The notes under the pieces are model-generated. The model saw only the letters and a list, made by a program, of their open reading frames with translations. It did no database searches and had not been told where the DNA came from. Of a DNA stretch of 18,814 nt, positions 1 through 8,216 are shown one piece after another. Origin of the DNA: Candidatus Heimdallarchaeota archaeon. Lineage in GTDB: Archaea > Asgardarchaeota > Heimdallarchaeia > Heimdallarchaeales > Heimdallarchaeaceae. The stretch covers positions 1 through 18,814 of the forward strand of contig JAGLOH010000006.1 in NCBI GenBank assembly GCA_023139025.1, read 5' to 3'. Positions within the stretch are counted from its first letter, which is position 1; each line of letters starts with the position of its first letter. A program made the position numbers and the translations under genes.

Positions 1-562
1 GATGGTAAAATTGTGAATCATGATCATTCGCTAGGTCGTCTCTTTTACCGTATTCTACAATATTTCCTTTGTCAATTATTAGAATATCATCAACCTTTTC
101 CAAAGTGGCTAATCGATGTGCAATAATTATCCCTGTTCTGTTTATCAGAAGTTTCTCAATTGCAATATCTAGTAGATTTTCAGTGACAGGATCTAATCTA
201 GAGGATGCTTCATCTAGAACAACCAGATTAGGACTTTTAATGAAAACACGAGCTAAAGCAAGTAATTGTGCTTCCCCAGCAGATATGCCATGTTCACTAG
301 ATGAGATGATTGTATCTAACCCTTCTGGGAGTTTTGAAAACCAATCATCCAAACCAATGTCATTTAGTATGGAAGTAATTTTCTCATCTGAAATCCGGTC
401 ATCAAATAATGTAACATTTTCCCTTACAGATGCTTGAAATAATTCTACACTCTGAGTTACATAAGAGATTTTGTCTCTCAAATCTCCTAGTTGTATATCT
501 TTAATTTTGATGTTGTTCAGTAAAATTTCACCATCATCTGGTTCAGGGTCATATAGGCGGAA
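1..562 (-). pseudogene. ABC transporter nucleotide-binding domain remainder. It is an in-frame continuation of the upstream ORF, has no start codon of its own, and runs off the window at position 1.
   Basis: My minus-strand translation, in the same frame as ORF 563..1780, reads FRLYDPEPDDGEILLNNIKIKDIQLGDLRDKISYVTQ...SEHGISAGEAQLLALARVFIKSPNLVVLDEASSRLD...IIIAHRLATLEKVDDILIIDKGNIVEYGKRDDL. It shows a Q-loop region, the ABC signature (ISAGEAQ, LSGGQ-like), Walker B (LVVLDEASS) and the H-loop (AHRL). There is no Met in the fragment. Confidence 0.8.
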
Positions 563-1780
563 TTATAACCTAGAAATGGTGGTTTTACCACTCCCAGTAT
601 GACCAAGAATCCCAAGTTTTTTTCCGGGATAAAGTTTGAACGAAATATCATTGAGTACATAAGTATCCTTATTGTAAGCGAAATTCAACTTGTTGAATTC
701 AATTTCCAATGGTCCAGAAGAAAGTTTTTCTGTTCCTGTGTCCTGAATTTTTTTCTTTGTATCAAATAACTTGTTAATTCTATCTATTGAAGCACCTGCT
801 CGTTGGAGATCTTGCATCTGTCGTGTAATAATAAATATTGGTCTCAGCAAAAGTCCTGCGTAGATCTGAATCAAAAACACTGTACCTAATGATATAATAT
901 TATTTTCCAATAGAGGGATACTTGGAGCAAAAACCAATGTGTTGATTATTGCAATGACTCCCCAAATCGCCATCACGAATAATTGCCCTCTGAGTAGAGC
1001 TTTTTTCCAGGCTTTGAAGTCCTTTCGAGAGTTATCAAAAAACTTACGCATTGCATATTTCACTCCACCATTCGCTCTTATGTCTTCTATAGCACTTAGG
1101 TTTTCTTCAATTGTACCATACATATCTGCACTTGTTTGTCTTTGTTTCTCCCATGCTTTAACCGAGAAATTCCTCAAGATATACATGATGATAATTGCTA
1201 AGAGAGTGAAGACAGTGAAAGCTACACCTAGTATCCAATGTTTTGTAAAGAAAGTTATTAGAACACCAACGATGAGTAAAATGGATGTCAGAAGTTGTAT
1301 CGAAAATGTTGAAAGAAACTGTGCTAAAGTGTTTACATCACCATCAATTCTTTCAATCATCTCTCCAGGTTTATGTTCATTATGAAATGTCATATCTAAG
1401 TTAACACAATGTTTGGTTAAATCGAATCTAAGCATGTTTGTTGCTGACCATGAAAGATTTTGACTCAAATAAACTGATCCTAAAGTAATCAATTGTTGTA
1501 TAATCATCAGAACGATATATGCTGCTGCTAACAAGATTAACGCCAGATTAGTTGAATTTAGACTTACAATAGGAATCTGCTTTCCCACCCAAAACACATT
1601 TATGTCTTGAATTGGAAAACCTCTGGTCGCTAAATCGATGAATCTCTCAATGATTAAAGGAGAGAAAATTAGCAGAACAGTTCCACTACTTAATAGGAAA
1701 GCTAACAATAACACTCTTCTCTTGAAAGGTGCTAGGTACTTCTTCTGTACCTCCCAATATTTTTGTAGTGGAATTTTCAT
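563..1780 (-). CDS. ABC exporter (type I, MsbA/MdlB-like) transmembrane domain plus Walker A, terminated prematurely by TAA at 563-565
   Basis: 405-aa ORF with six hydrophobic segments typical of an ABC_membrane domain. It ends ...LGILGHTGSGKTTISRL*, so the Walker A motif GxxGxGKT sits immediately before the stop. The rest of the NBD continues in frame downstream. Confidence 0.85.
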   Translation of the reverse strand: MKIPLQKYWEVQKKYLAPFKRRVLLLAFLLSSGTVLLIFSPLIIERFIDLATRGFPIQDINVFWVGKQIPIVSLNSTNLALILLAAAYIVLMIIQQLITLGSVYLSQNLSWSATNMLRFDLTKHCVNLDMTFHNEHKPGEMIERIDGDVNTLAQFLSTFSIQLLTSILLIVGVLITFFTKHWILGVAFTVFTLLAIIIMYILRNFSVKAWEKQRQTSADMYGTIEENLSAIEDIRANGGVKYAMRKFFDNSRKDFKAWKKALLRGQLFVMAIWGVIAIINTLVFAPSIPLLENNIISLGTVFLIQIYAGLLLRPIFIITRQMQDLQRAGASIDRINKLFDTKKKIQDTGTEKLSSGPLEIEFNKLNFAYNKDTYVLNDISFKLYPGKKLGILGHTGSGKTTISRL

Positions 1781-1872
1781 AGTCTTGGTTATTCGACATA
1801 AGAGACTTATAAATTTGATTTTAACCGATTGAAATAAAAAATAGAGGACTCATGCCATCGCAAGAGTTATTT

Positions 1873-2601
1873 TTATGGTAATCTGGGTCTTATTGTTAGA
1901 TAAAGCAAACCACCAAATAAAGGAACGCAGAATAAAATAAAGAGTTTCAAATTCTTCCATTCTCTTCTCTTCATGTCGCTCCAAATAATTATTGGGTAGA
2001 ACAAGGTTAACAATGCAAAATCTACTGTCATCACTTGTATGAGCCGAACATTTAGAAAACTATCTGCAAACACACCCCATTTCCCATAGATACTAGCTGC
2101 AATTATCCCATACATAACTATAGCCCTAGTAAGTTCGGACAAAATAATACCTAAGGTGCGTGAATCAAATATTTTTGTGAACCATGTTTTTTTAGTCTTA
2201 GGGTTCTCCTTCTTCACTCCTCTTAATGCAAAGTACGGCATCATCCCATACATTCCTAGCCCAAATGCCACTAATACAAAGGGCCAAGCAGGAATGAATC
2301 TTTCTCTACTTTCTATAAGGAGTATTGCAGCGTAAAGTAAAGCCCAGAGTCCTACAATCATAAAAATGCTCCACTCTAGTGGATTAGTTTTACCGTAAAC
2401 AAAGGTAAAATCTCCAAAGCCTGGATCACTTGGTTGTTTAGCTGGTGCCCATATAAACATGTATAGAAGGGAACCAACCCATAATACTAGAAATAGCAAA
2501 TTCGGACTTAGAAATTTCTTCCATGGAATACTAAATTTTTTGATAGATGATAGCAAGTTTCTTTGTTTTTGTTCAGTTAATTCTTTTTTTGAATTTTCCA
2601 T
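1873..2601 (-). CDS. Hypothetical polytopic membrane protein (about 6 TM segments), apparently co-transcribed with upp
   Basis: 242-aa ORF with about six hydrophobic helices. An AAGGAGAT Shine-Dalgarno sequence (2609-2616 on the minus strand) lies 7 nt upstream of the ATG. Only 25 nt separate it from the upp stop. I recognised no family. Confidence 0.6.
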   Translation of the reverse strand: MENSKKELTEQKQRNLLSSIKKFSIPWKKFLSPNLLFLVLWVGSLLYMFIWAPAKQPSDPGFGDFTFVYGKTNPLEWSIFMIVGLWALLYAAILLIESRERFIPAWPFVLVAFGLGMYGMMPYFALRGVKKENPKTKKTWFTKIFDSRTLGIILSELTRAIVMYGIIAASIYGKWGVFADSFLNVRLIQVMTVDFALLTLFYPIIIWSDMKRREWKNLKLFILFCVPLFGGLLYLTIRPRLP

Positions 2602-2626
2602 TCTAATATCTCCTTATGAGATTAAA

Positions 2627-3265
2627 TCATGTGTTGAATGCTCTGTCACCCGCATCTCCTAAACCCGGAACAATGTATCCTTTTTTATTTAGTTCTTCAT
2701 CAATTGCTCCAGCAATTATTGTCGCTTCAGGGAATTCTCTCAGTAATCTTTCTGTACCAAATCGAGATGCTATTGCGCATAGAACGATTATTTTGAGAGG
2801 TTTTTGCTCTTTGATTTGTTGGAGTGTAAAAAGTAATGTTGAACCACTTGCTAACATTGGATCAACAACTATTGCTATCTTATCTTCAAGATATGGAATG
2901 CTCGTGTATGTACAATCAATTCTAAAATCTCTTCCGTCTTCTTTGAGTTGTTTTCCTCTAGACGCAGATATTACTCCAACTTTAGCTTCTGGGAGCACCT
3001 CTAATACTCCTTCAGACATGGGTAGTGCTGCTCTTAAAATTGTAATAATTACAGTATTTTTCTTTATTTTTCTAAAATTACTTGTTCCAAAAGGTGTTTC
3101 AACTGGTAAAACTACTGTTTCCAAAAACTTAGCAGATTCATAAGCCAAGTAATTACCAATTCGTTTAAGGCTTATCCTGAAATCTGCAGGATTTGTTTGT
3201 TTATTCCTTAACCTACCTACAATTTCGGAAATTAGAGTGTTAGTTTCACTACCGTTAATTAACAT
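2627..3265 (-). CDS. upp: Uracil phosphoribosyltransferase
   Basis: 212 aa. PRPP-binding loop IAIVVDPMLASGSTL and the C-terminal uracil-binding motif YIVPGLGDAGDRAFNT, which is characteristic of Upp. Confidence 0.9.
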   Translation of the reverse strand: MLINGSETNTLISEIVGRLRNKQTNPADFRISLKRIGNYLAYESAKFLETVVLPVETPFGTSNFRKIKKNTVIITILRAALPMSEGVLEVLPEAKVGVISASRGKQLKEDGRDFRIDCTYTSIPYLEDKIAIVVDPMLASGSTLLFTLQQIKEQKPLKIIVLCAIASRFGTERLLREFPEATIIAGAIDEELNKKGYIVPGLGDAGDRAFNT

Positions 3266-3367
3266 TCAATCAATAGTATAGACTAGCTAGCTTAAATATA
3301 TTTTTCAAAAACAAAAATCAACTCAGGAGAATAAAAGTAATATACTTAATTTGGTTTATCTATCTTT

Positions 3368-4093
3368 GTGACCTCTCATTCCAAAATTGGTTTCTTATTA
3401 ATTCATGGAGTAGGCAGTAATTGTGCTGTAATGAACCCATTAGAGGATTTCCTTGCAAATAAAGGCTTTAAGGTTCTCAACATCACTCTTCCGGGTCATA
3501 ATACTTCCTCAAAAGATTTACTAAAGATTGACTGGCAAGATTGGGTAGATTATTGTCAAGGAAAACTAGAATTTCTTATGGAAGATTGTCCAACAACCTT
3601 TATTGTTGGAACTTCCTTAGGTGGTGTCCTTGCACTCTATTTAGCTGCAACAAATCCTGAGTTGAGTGGAGTAATAACTTGTGCAACAGCTGTAAAACCC
3701 TATAATTTCCTATCATGGTTTATTACAAATTTCAGGTTCATACAACATTTTGTTCGCTGGATAAGAGTAGAAAAAATAAGTTCTAAATTAGTTGGTAGTC
3801 CACAAAATTGGGAGGTTTATAAGAAAATACCTATGAAGAGTCTAGTAGAAATTGCAAAATTGCTAGATAAGCTTAATCCAATTCTGGGAAATATTAGTCA
3901 ACCCATATTAATTGTTCATAGTGAGAATGATAAAGCTGTATCAATAAAAGGCATAGAACAAATTACTTCTTCAATCAGTTCAAGGGATCAAAGCATTGCT
4001 AGAATAGGCAAAGGTGGTCATGTAATTCTGTTAGATGAAGGTTGTACTCAAGCTCTTACAGAGATAGAAAACTGGATAGGTGTGAGAATATAG
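3368..4093 (+). CDS. Alpha/beta-fold hydrolase, Est30/COG1647-type carboxylesterase or lipase
   Basis: 241 aa with a GTG start. Oxyanion HG (LLIHGVGSN), nucleophile elbow GTSLGG (GxSxG), acid in HSENDKAV, and histidine in GGHVILLDE. Confidence 0.8.
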   Translation: MTSHSKIGFLLIHGVGSNCAVMNPLEDFLANKGFKVLNITLPGHNTSSKDLLKIDWQDWVDYCQGKLEFLMEDCPTTFIVGTSLGGVLALYLAATNPELSGVITCATAVKPYNFLSWFITNFRFIQHFVRWIRVEKISSKLVGSPQNWEVYKKIPMKSLVEIAKLLDKLNPILGNISQPILIVHSENDKAVSIKGIEQITSSISSRDQSIARIGKGGHVILLDEGCTQALTEIENWIGVRI

Positions 4094-4182
4094 AAAACTG
4101 ATTTCAATTTATTTGATTAACTATATAAGTATGAAATGGTGGTATTTTACATATTAAGATATGTAAAGTAGGATTGAGTATT

Positions 4183-5256
4183 ATGACAGAGAAATTTGAT
4201 ATTAATCAAATCAAAGTAGAACAAGCTAATTTGTTGAATTATACAAAAGAAGATTGGGATCTATATCATGAGTATAGAAAAATTAGACATTCTGAAGCAA
4301 ATCCTGATGATCCTTTTGTTGATGATGAATCCACAGAAAAATCTTTGAAGATGCAAGTAAATCATCCTGAATTAGATTTCCAATTCTCTGCTATTATTGA
4401 TAGTTCGATAAACAAATTTGTAGGTAGAGTTGTTTACGGAGGATTCCGAGAAACATCAGCATCTTATGAGGGTAATAAGCATTTACTACAATTTGATTTA
4501 GTTCTTCTGAAAAAATATCGGAACAAAGGAATTGAAACAATAGTACTGAAACAAATATGTGAATATGGAAAGAAGAAAAACCATTCTATTCTAATTTCAG
4601 GTTCAGATGAAAAAGATGGAAAAGCTTTTCTAAAGGAAATTGGTGCTCAAACTGCTCTATCTGTTGCTGAGAATCGTTTAAAGTTGGAAGAAGTAGAATG
4701 GAATATGGTTGAAATATGGGCAGTGGAAGGTTCTAAGCGTTCTCCAGATACAGAACTTAAGCTAGTCTATTCCATCCCTGATGATATTCTTGAGAAGTAT
4801 TGCACAGTATATACTGAGACACTTAATCAACAACCTCTTGGAGATCTCGATGTGAACGATATTGTTTATACTCCTGAACTTTTCAGAGATACAGAAAAAC
4901 GAAGAGAAGTGCTTGGAAGAAAGCATATAACTTTCTATACCGTAGAACCGAATGGGGATATATCAGGGTTAACTGAGATGGAATACCGACCTGAAAGGGA
5001 GACTATTGTAGAACAACTTCTCACTGGTGTACAAGAAAAGTATCGTGGTCGTGGTCTTGGAAAATGGTTGAAAGCTGAGATGTTGCTAAAGGTAAAGGAA
5101 GAATTTCCAAAAGCAAATATCATTTCAACAGGAAATGCAACAACTAATGCCCCAATGCTTTCCATTAATGATCGACTTGGATTCAAACCACATAAAGAGG
5201 GAATTACTGCTCAACTGACACTAGAAAATCTAGAAAAATACTTGGAAGATAAATAA
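4183..5256 (+). CDS. Two-domain GNAT-family N-acetyltransferase
   Basis: The ORF track starts at TTG 4174; the first ATG is at 4183 (MTEKF...). The C-terminal domain has the canonical acetyl-CoA motif YRGRGLGKWL (R-x-x-G-x-G) and NAPMLSINDRLGF. The N-terminal domain has a degenerate version, YRNKGIETIVL. Confidence 0.75.
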   Translation: MTEKFDINQIKVEQANLLNYTKEDWDLYHEYRKIRHSEANPDDPFVDDESTEKSLKMQVNHPELDFQFSAIIDSSINKFVGRVVYGGFRETSASYEGNKHLLQFDLVLLKKYRNKGIETIVLKQICEYGKKKNHSILISGSDEKDGKAFLKEIGAQTALSVAENRLKLEEVEWNMVEIWAVEGSKRSPDTELKLVYSIPDDILEKYCTVYTETLNQQPLGDLDVNDIVYTPELFRDTEKRREVLGRKHITFYTVEPNGDISGLTEMEYRPERETIVEQLLTGVQEKYRGRGLGKWLKAEMLLKVKEEFPKANIISTGNATTNAPMLSINDRLGFKPHKEGITAQLTLENLEKYLEDK

Positions 5257-5261
5257 ATTAC

Positions 5262-5280
5262 TTATTTTCTCTTTTTTTGT
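5262..5280 (+). terminator. Oligo-T tract downstream of the GNAT gene
   Basis: cttattttctctttttttg lies directly after stop 5254-5256 and includes a T7 run, the archaeal-style poly-T termination signal. Confidence 0.35.
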
Positions 5281-5293
5281 TGTATTTGAATAG

Positions 5294-6289
5294 TTATTTC
5301 TTAAACTTGACTTTACCAAATTTAGCAGTCCAGTTATTTTCATCATACATTTCTAACAAAAAAATATTGTCTAGATGTTCTCTGAGGAAATACACTTCCT
5401 TACCAAGTTCCTCAGCAAATTTAACTTCTATATACACTCCTCTCCCAACAAAGTGTCCATTATCATGTTCTATTGCAGAAAAGATGACTATGTCACTTTT
5501 GCTCAGAAGATCAAGACATTTCTTCATTATTTCCTTTCCAGAAGAATCTTTCCACTTTTTCTCATATTTAGCAGGATTAATTATGTCAGCTTTTGCGAAT
5601 GCTTTCTTTATTAGCTTAAGTTCTTTCTTTTCTTGTCTCTCCCCATAAATTTCCATAGAATGAGCATAATATATCTGGGGAATAATTCTGTATTGTTTTC
5701 GTCTATATAGTTCCAAAAGTATACATGCTTCATAAAATGCATCATAATTTGCTCTATGTGCCTTAAACTCACTAATTTGCTCTACAAGTTCTTTGTTGAT
5801 AATGATGCATTCTGTATTGGCATTAAGAAGTTCTTTTTTTGAATGAGCCATTTTATATCTTTTCTTTTTTCTTCCAAAAGGTCTTAGATATTCTGAAGCT
5901 GAAAGCATAATACAAGGAGCTATTTTTGTTTTTGTACTCTCCTTACTAATGTTCCATGGATCTTTTTTTAAGAATTTATCAAAATCGAATGCGTTATTGT
6001 AAGCTGTAACAAACTTTCCGAAAAGAATTTGCTGTACTTCTTCAACTACAGTAGCTAAATCTTTTTCTGCATTTTGAATTTCCTCAAGTGATAAAAATTT
6101 TTTACTAAATATCCACGAGTTACGAAGATTATTATCCCAAGTACTAGTATCATAATGAATTAGTGAATGGTAAACCTGAGTTATTTTTTGTTTTATCACA
6201 TTCGCTCGCATTATCGCTATTTCAACAACAAGATCTTCTGGTAATCCTTCAAGTCCTGTTGTTTCAATATCCAACACATAGATGTCCAT
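5294..6289 (-). CDS. DEDDh (DnaQ/RNase T-like) 3'-5' exonuclease fused to a C-terminal nucleoside 2-deoxyribosyltransferase-like (NDT/DUF4406-like) domain
   Basis: Exo I YVLDIETTG, Exo II TAYNNAFDFDKF, Exo III HRANYDAFYEA (H-x4-D, so the DEDDh subtype). The C-terminal ~125 aa read IYYAHSMEIYG...ADIINPA...LLSKSDIVIFSAIEHDNGHFVGRGVYIEVKFAEELGKEVYFL. This matches the NDT-clan spacing of a beta1 aromatic/Ala start, then D-hVhF, then G..E...A..GK.V. Confidence 0.7.
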   Translation of the reverse strand: MDIYVLDIETTGLEGLPEDLVVEIAIMRANVIKQKITQVYHSLIHYDTSTWDNNLRNSWIFSKKFLSLEEIQNAEKDLATVVEEVQQILFGKFVTAYNNAFDFDKFLKKDPWNISKESTKTKIAPCIMLSASEYLRPFGRKKKRYKMAHSKKELLNANTECIIINKELVEQISEFKAHRANYDAFYEACILLELYRRKQYRIIPQIYYAHSMEIYGERQEKKELKLIKKAFAKADIINPAKYEKKWKDSSGKEIMKKCLDLLSKSDIVIFSAIEHDNGHFVGRGVYIEVKFAEELGKEVYFLREHLDNIFLLEMYDENNWTAKFGKVKFKK

Positions 6290-6374
6290 TAAAATACAAA
6301 ATCAGCAGTTCCTTTAAGGTTTTACCCCTCCCTAAAGAAAGTGAAGAAAATAAGAAGTATTTTTGTGAATTACT

Positions 6375-6905
6375 TTAATCGTGATATTTCTTCATTCCAG
6401 CAAGTATTGGGATTTGAAGGATATTTTCATCCGGTGTATAAGAGCAGTTCCAATTGTCATTATAAGCACATAAAGGATTATAAGCTGTATTGAAATCAAC
6501 GACAAATTTTCCTTTTGATATCTTCTCTATTTCTAGGTATCTTCCAATATCGTAAGATTCTTCACCAGTAGTTTTGTCTTTGAAGGGGAGGAAAAGATAA
6601 TTATCTTCAATTGGTTTGAAAATAGTAAGCATATTCATTTGACCATCAATCTCAAATTCAATATAACCAAAACGAATGTATTTTCTTTTATCGCCTGTAG
6701 TAGTAGGGATTGTAATATCACTCTGATGTTCAAATTTTTTCATATCAACTATGAATTCGTATTTTTTGTCTATTGGAAAATACGATAATCCTTTGAAATC
6801 TAGTTTTTGATCGTGAGTTAGAGGAGAATTGGGAGATTTTTGGAAAAGTATATCATTTCGTTCCCTAACTCTCTCTATTTTTTCCTTGTGAGTCTTCTCT
6901 ACCAT
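6375..6905 (-). CDS. DUF1684-family protein
   Basis: 176 aa with LPFKDKTTGEESYDIGRYLEIE and VVDFNTAYNPLCAYNDNWNCSYTPDENILQIPILAGMKKY. These match the DUF1684 hallmarks (F.D.T.G..TY..GRYL and DFN.AYNP.CAY....C P....N.L...I.AGEK.Y) as I remember them. Confidence 0.75.
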   Translation of the reverse strand: MVEKTHKEKIERVRERNDILFQKSPNSPLTHDQKLDFKGLSYFPIDKKYEFIVDMKKFEHQSDITIPTTTGDKRKYIRFGYIEFEIDGQMNMLTIFKPIEDNYLFLPFKDKTTGEESYDIGRYLEIEKISKGKFVVDFNTAYNPLCAYNDNWNCSYTPDENILQIPILAGMKKYHD

Positions 6906-7085
6906 AAGAGAAAGGACACTCTACTCTATTTTAAAGATATGATTGAACAAATATCAAGTCACCGTAAATCATTCTGGTTTAAATCTACCATAGTAAAACT
7001 GGCTTATTCAAATATTTACGAGAATAGTTGAGCCTTCAATTAAGTGAATAGTTTTAAATATATCTTTCAATAATAGTTTGTCTTG

Positions 7086-7979
7086 ATGTACATGAGGAGA
7101 GAATCAATATACTTTTTTTACGGAATATCATTAGTTTTGTTTTTGATTTTTTCTAGTGGTATTCAAACCCAAGGTGCTACTTGGGATAGTTATGCTTCAG
7201 AGTATGAATATACTCAATTGACAAAAGGAATCCTTTATCCAGGTGGAGAACCTCATGAGGTAACAATAGAGGATACATTCAAAGTGTGGAATGTAACTAC
7301 AGTTAGTGATAAAGTGTATTTCAGAACGAATTTTACTCCTTACTTTATGGGATTGATGCATTTTGAAAATCAAGAGGAGTATGATACTTATTTATCAGAA
7401 CATTATTGGTACGATAATGATACCGATAGTATGTCCCTTGCATATTCAGTTGTAGGAACAAATTTCTACTTTGTAGATATGTTAGATTCTACTCTTCATT
7501 ATAATGGAACAATGTCTGATTTTGATATTAGGTTAATTAAACATCATATGTATGGTTTGTTTTTACCTGTTAATCATCCATCTTTCAACTTCAAAACTGT
7601 TTATGCAACGAGTTTTCCTATTGAAGAACCACTACATGATGTAAACTTTCAGCAAAAAGACACACTCACACTGGATAAGATGAGATATAATGGATATTAT
7701 TTGTATTTGGAATATTCTTATTTCTCTACATTTATTCGAATTGATTATAGTATAGAGCTGATGTATTCTTCTATAGGCGAGTTATATTTCTCCAAAATTA
7801 CTATTTTTATGTATAATGAAGACTTTGAACAACCTGTGGAAGATTATGAAGTTACATTTTCACTGAATCCAGAATACAGATTTAATGGTACTGAAGTTAC
7901 TTGGGCAAGTTCATTAGTTATTCTAAGTTCACTCATGCTTGTGACTTATGCATACATCAGATTCAGAAGAGATCCTTAG
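7086..7979 (+). CDS. Hypothetical secreted, C-terminally membrane-anchored protein (putative surface glycoprotein)
   Basis: N-terminal signal-like segment (IYFFYGISLVLFLIFSSGIQTQGA), C-terminal TM plus basic tail (SSLVILSSLMLVTYAYIRFRRDP), and five N-x-S/T sequons (NVT, NFT, NDT, NGT, NGT). The track starts at TTG 7083; an ATG is at 7086. A TATA-like ttttaaatatat lies about 28 nt upstream. Confidence 0.6.
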   Translation: MYMRRESIYFFYGISLVLFLIFSSGIQTQGATWDSYASEYEYTQLTKGILYPGGEPHEVTIEDTFKVWNVTTVSDKVYFRTNFTPYFMGLMHFENQEEYDTYLSEHYWYDNDTDSMSLAYSVVGTNFYFVDMLDSTLHYNGTMSDFDIRLIKHHMYGLFLPVNHPSFNFKTVYATSFPIEEPLHDVNFQQKDTLTLDKMRYNGYYLYLEYSYFSTFIRIDYSIELMYSSIGELYFSKITIFMYNEDFEQPVEDYEVTFSLNPEYRFNGTEVTWASSLVILSSLMLVTYAYIRFRRDP

Positions 7980-8216
7980 AACTCTTCTTTTTCATTTTTA
8001 ATCCCATTTTGAACAGTTTAAGAGAATCCTGTATCTTTGCAGCAAGGTTATCTTCTTGTAAGCGCATCCTTCTTGGATGAGTATGAAAAATGGTATTCAA
8101 ATAGCTGCAATTTTACCATTTAAAAAATTGCATCTGGGCCATTATTCTCCCCTATTCACATTTCTCACTGCTTAATATTGTAATACCATTAATATAATAA
8201 ATGTAGATTTTATTGT

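Noticed and set aside
69-437. 122-aa plus-strand ORF
   Set aside because: It lies antisense to a clearly recognisable ABC NBD on the minus strand (signature, Walker B and H-loop all read through it), so it is a shadow ORF.
563-565. In-frame TAA as evidence of stop-codon reassignment
   Set aside because: TAA terminates several well-defined genes in this window at the expected protein ends (nuoL-like, nuoA-like, exonuclease fusion, hypE), and no other gene shows internal stops.
939-1385. 148-aa plus-strand ORF, and the similar ORF at 1638..1832
   Set aside because: It is fully embedded antisense in the ABC transmembrane domain and has low-complexity shadow-frame composition.
2616-3143. 175-aa plus-strand ORF, and the ORF at 2459..2662
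   Set aside because: It is antisense to upp, whose identity is unambiguous (PRPP loop and the GLGDAGDR motif).
5277-5648. Plus-strand ORFs 5277..5648, 5375..5614 and 6163..6378
   Set aside because: They are antisense to the exonuclease-fusion gene, which has all Exo motifs in the minus frame.
8081-8179. 32-codon plus-strand ORF (MSMKNGIQIAAILPFKKLHLGHYSPLFTFLTA) in the intergenic region upstream of the tag-like gene
   Set aside because: It has no convincing RBS or promoter and no recognisable motif, and it is too short to separate from chance in AT-rich DNA.
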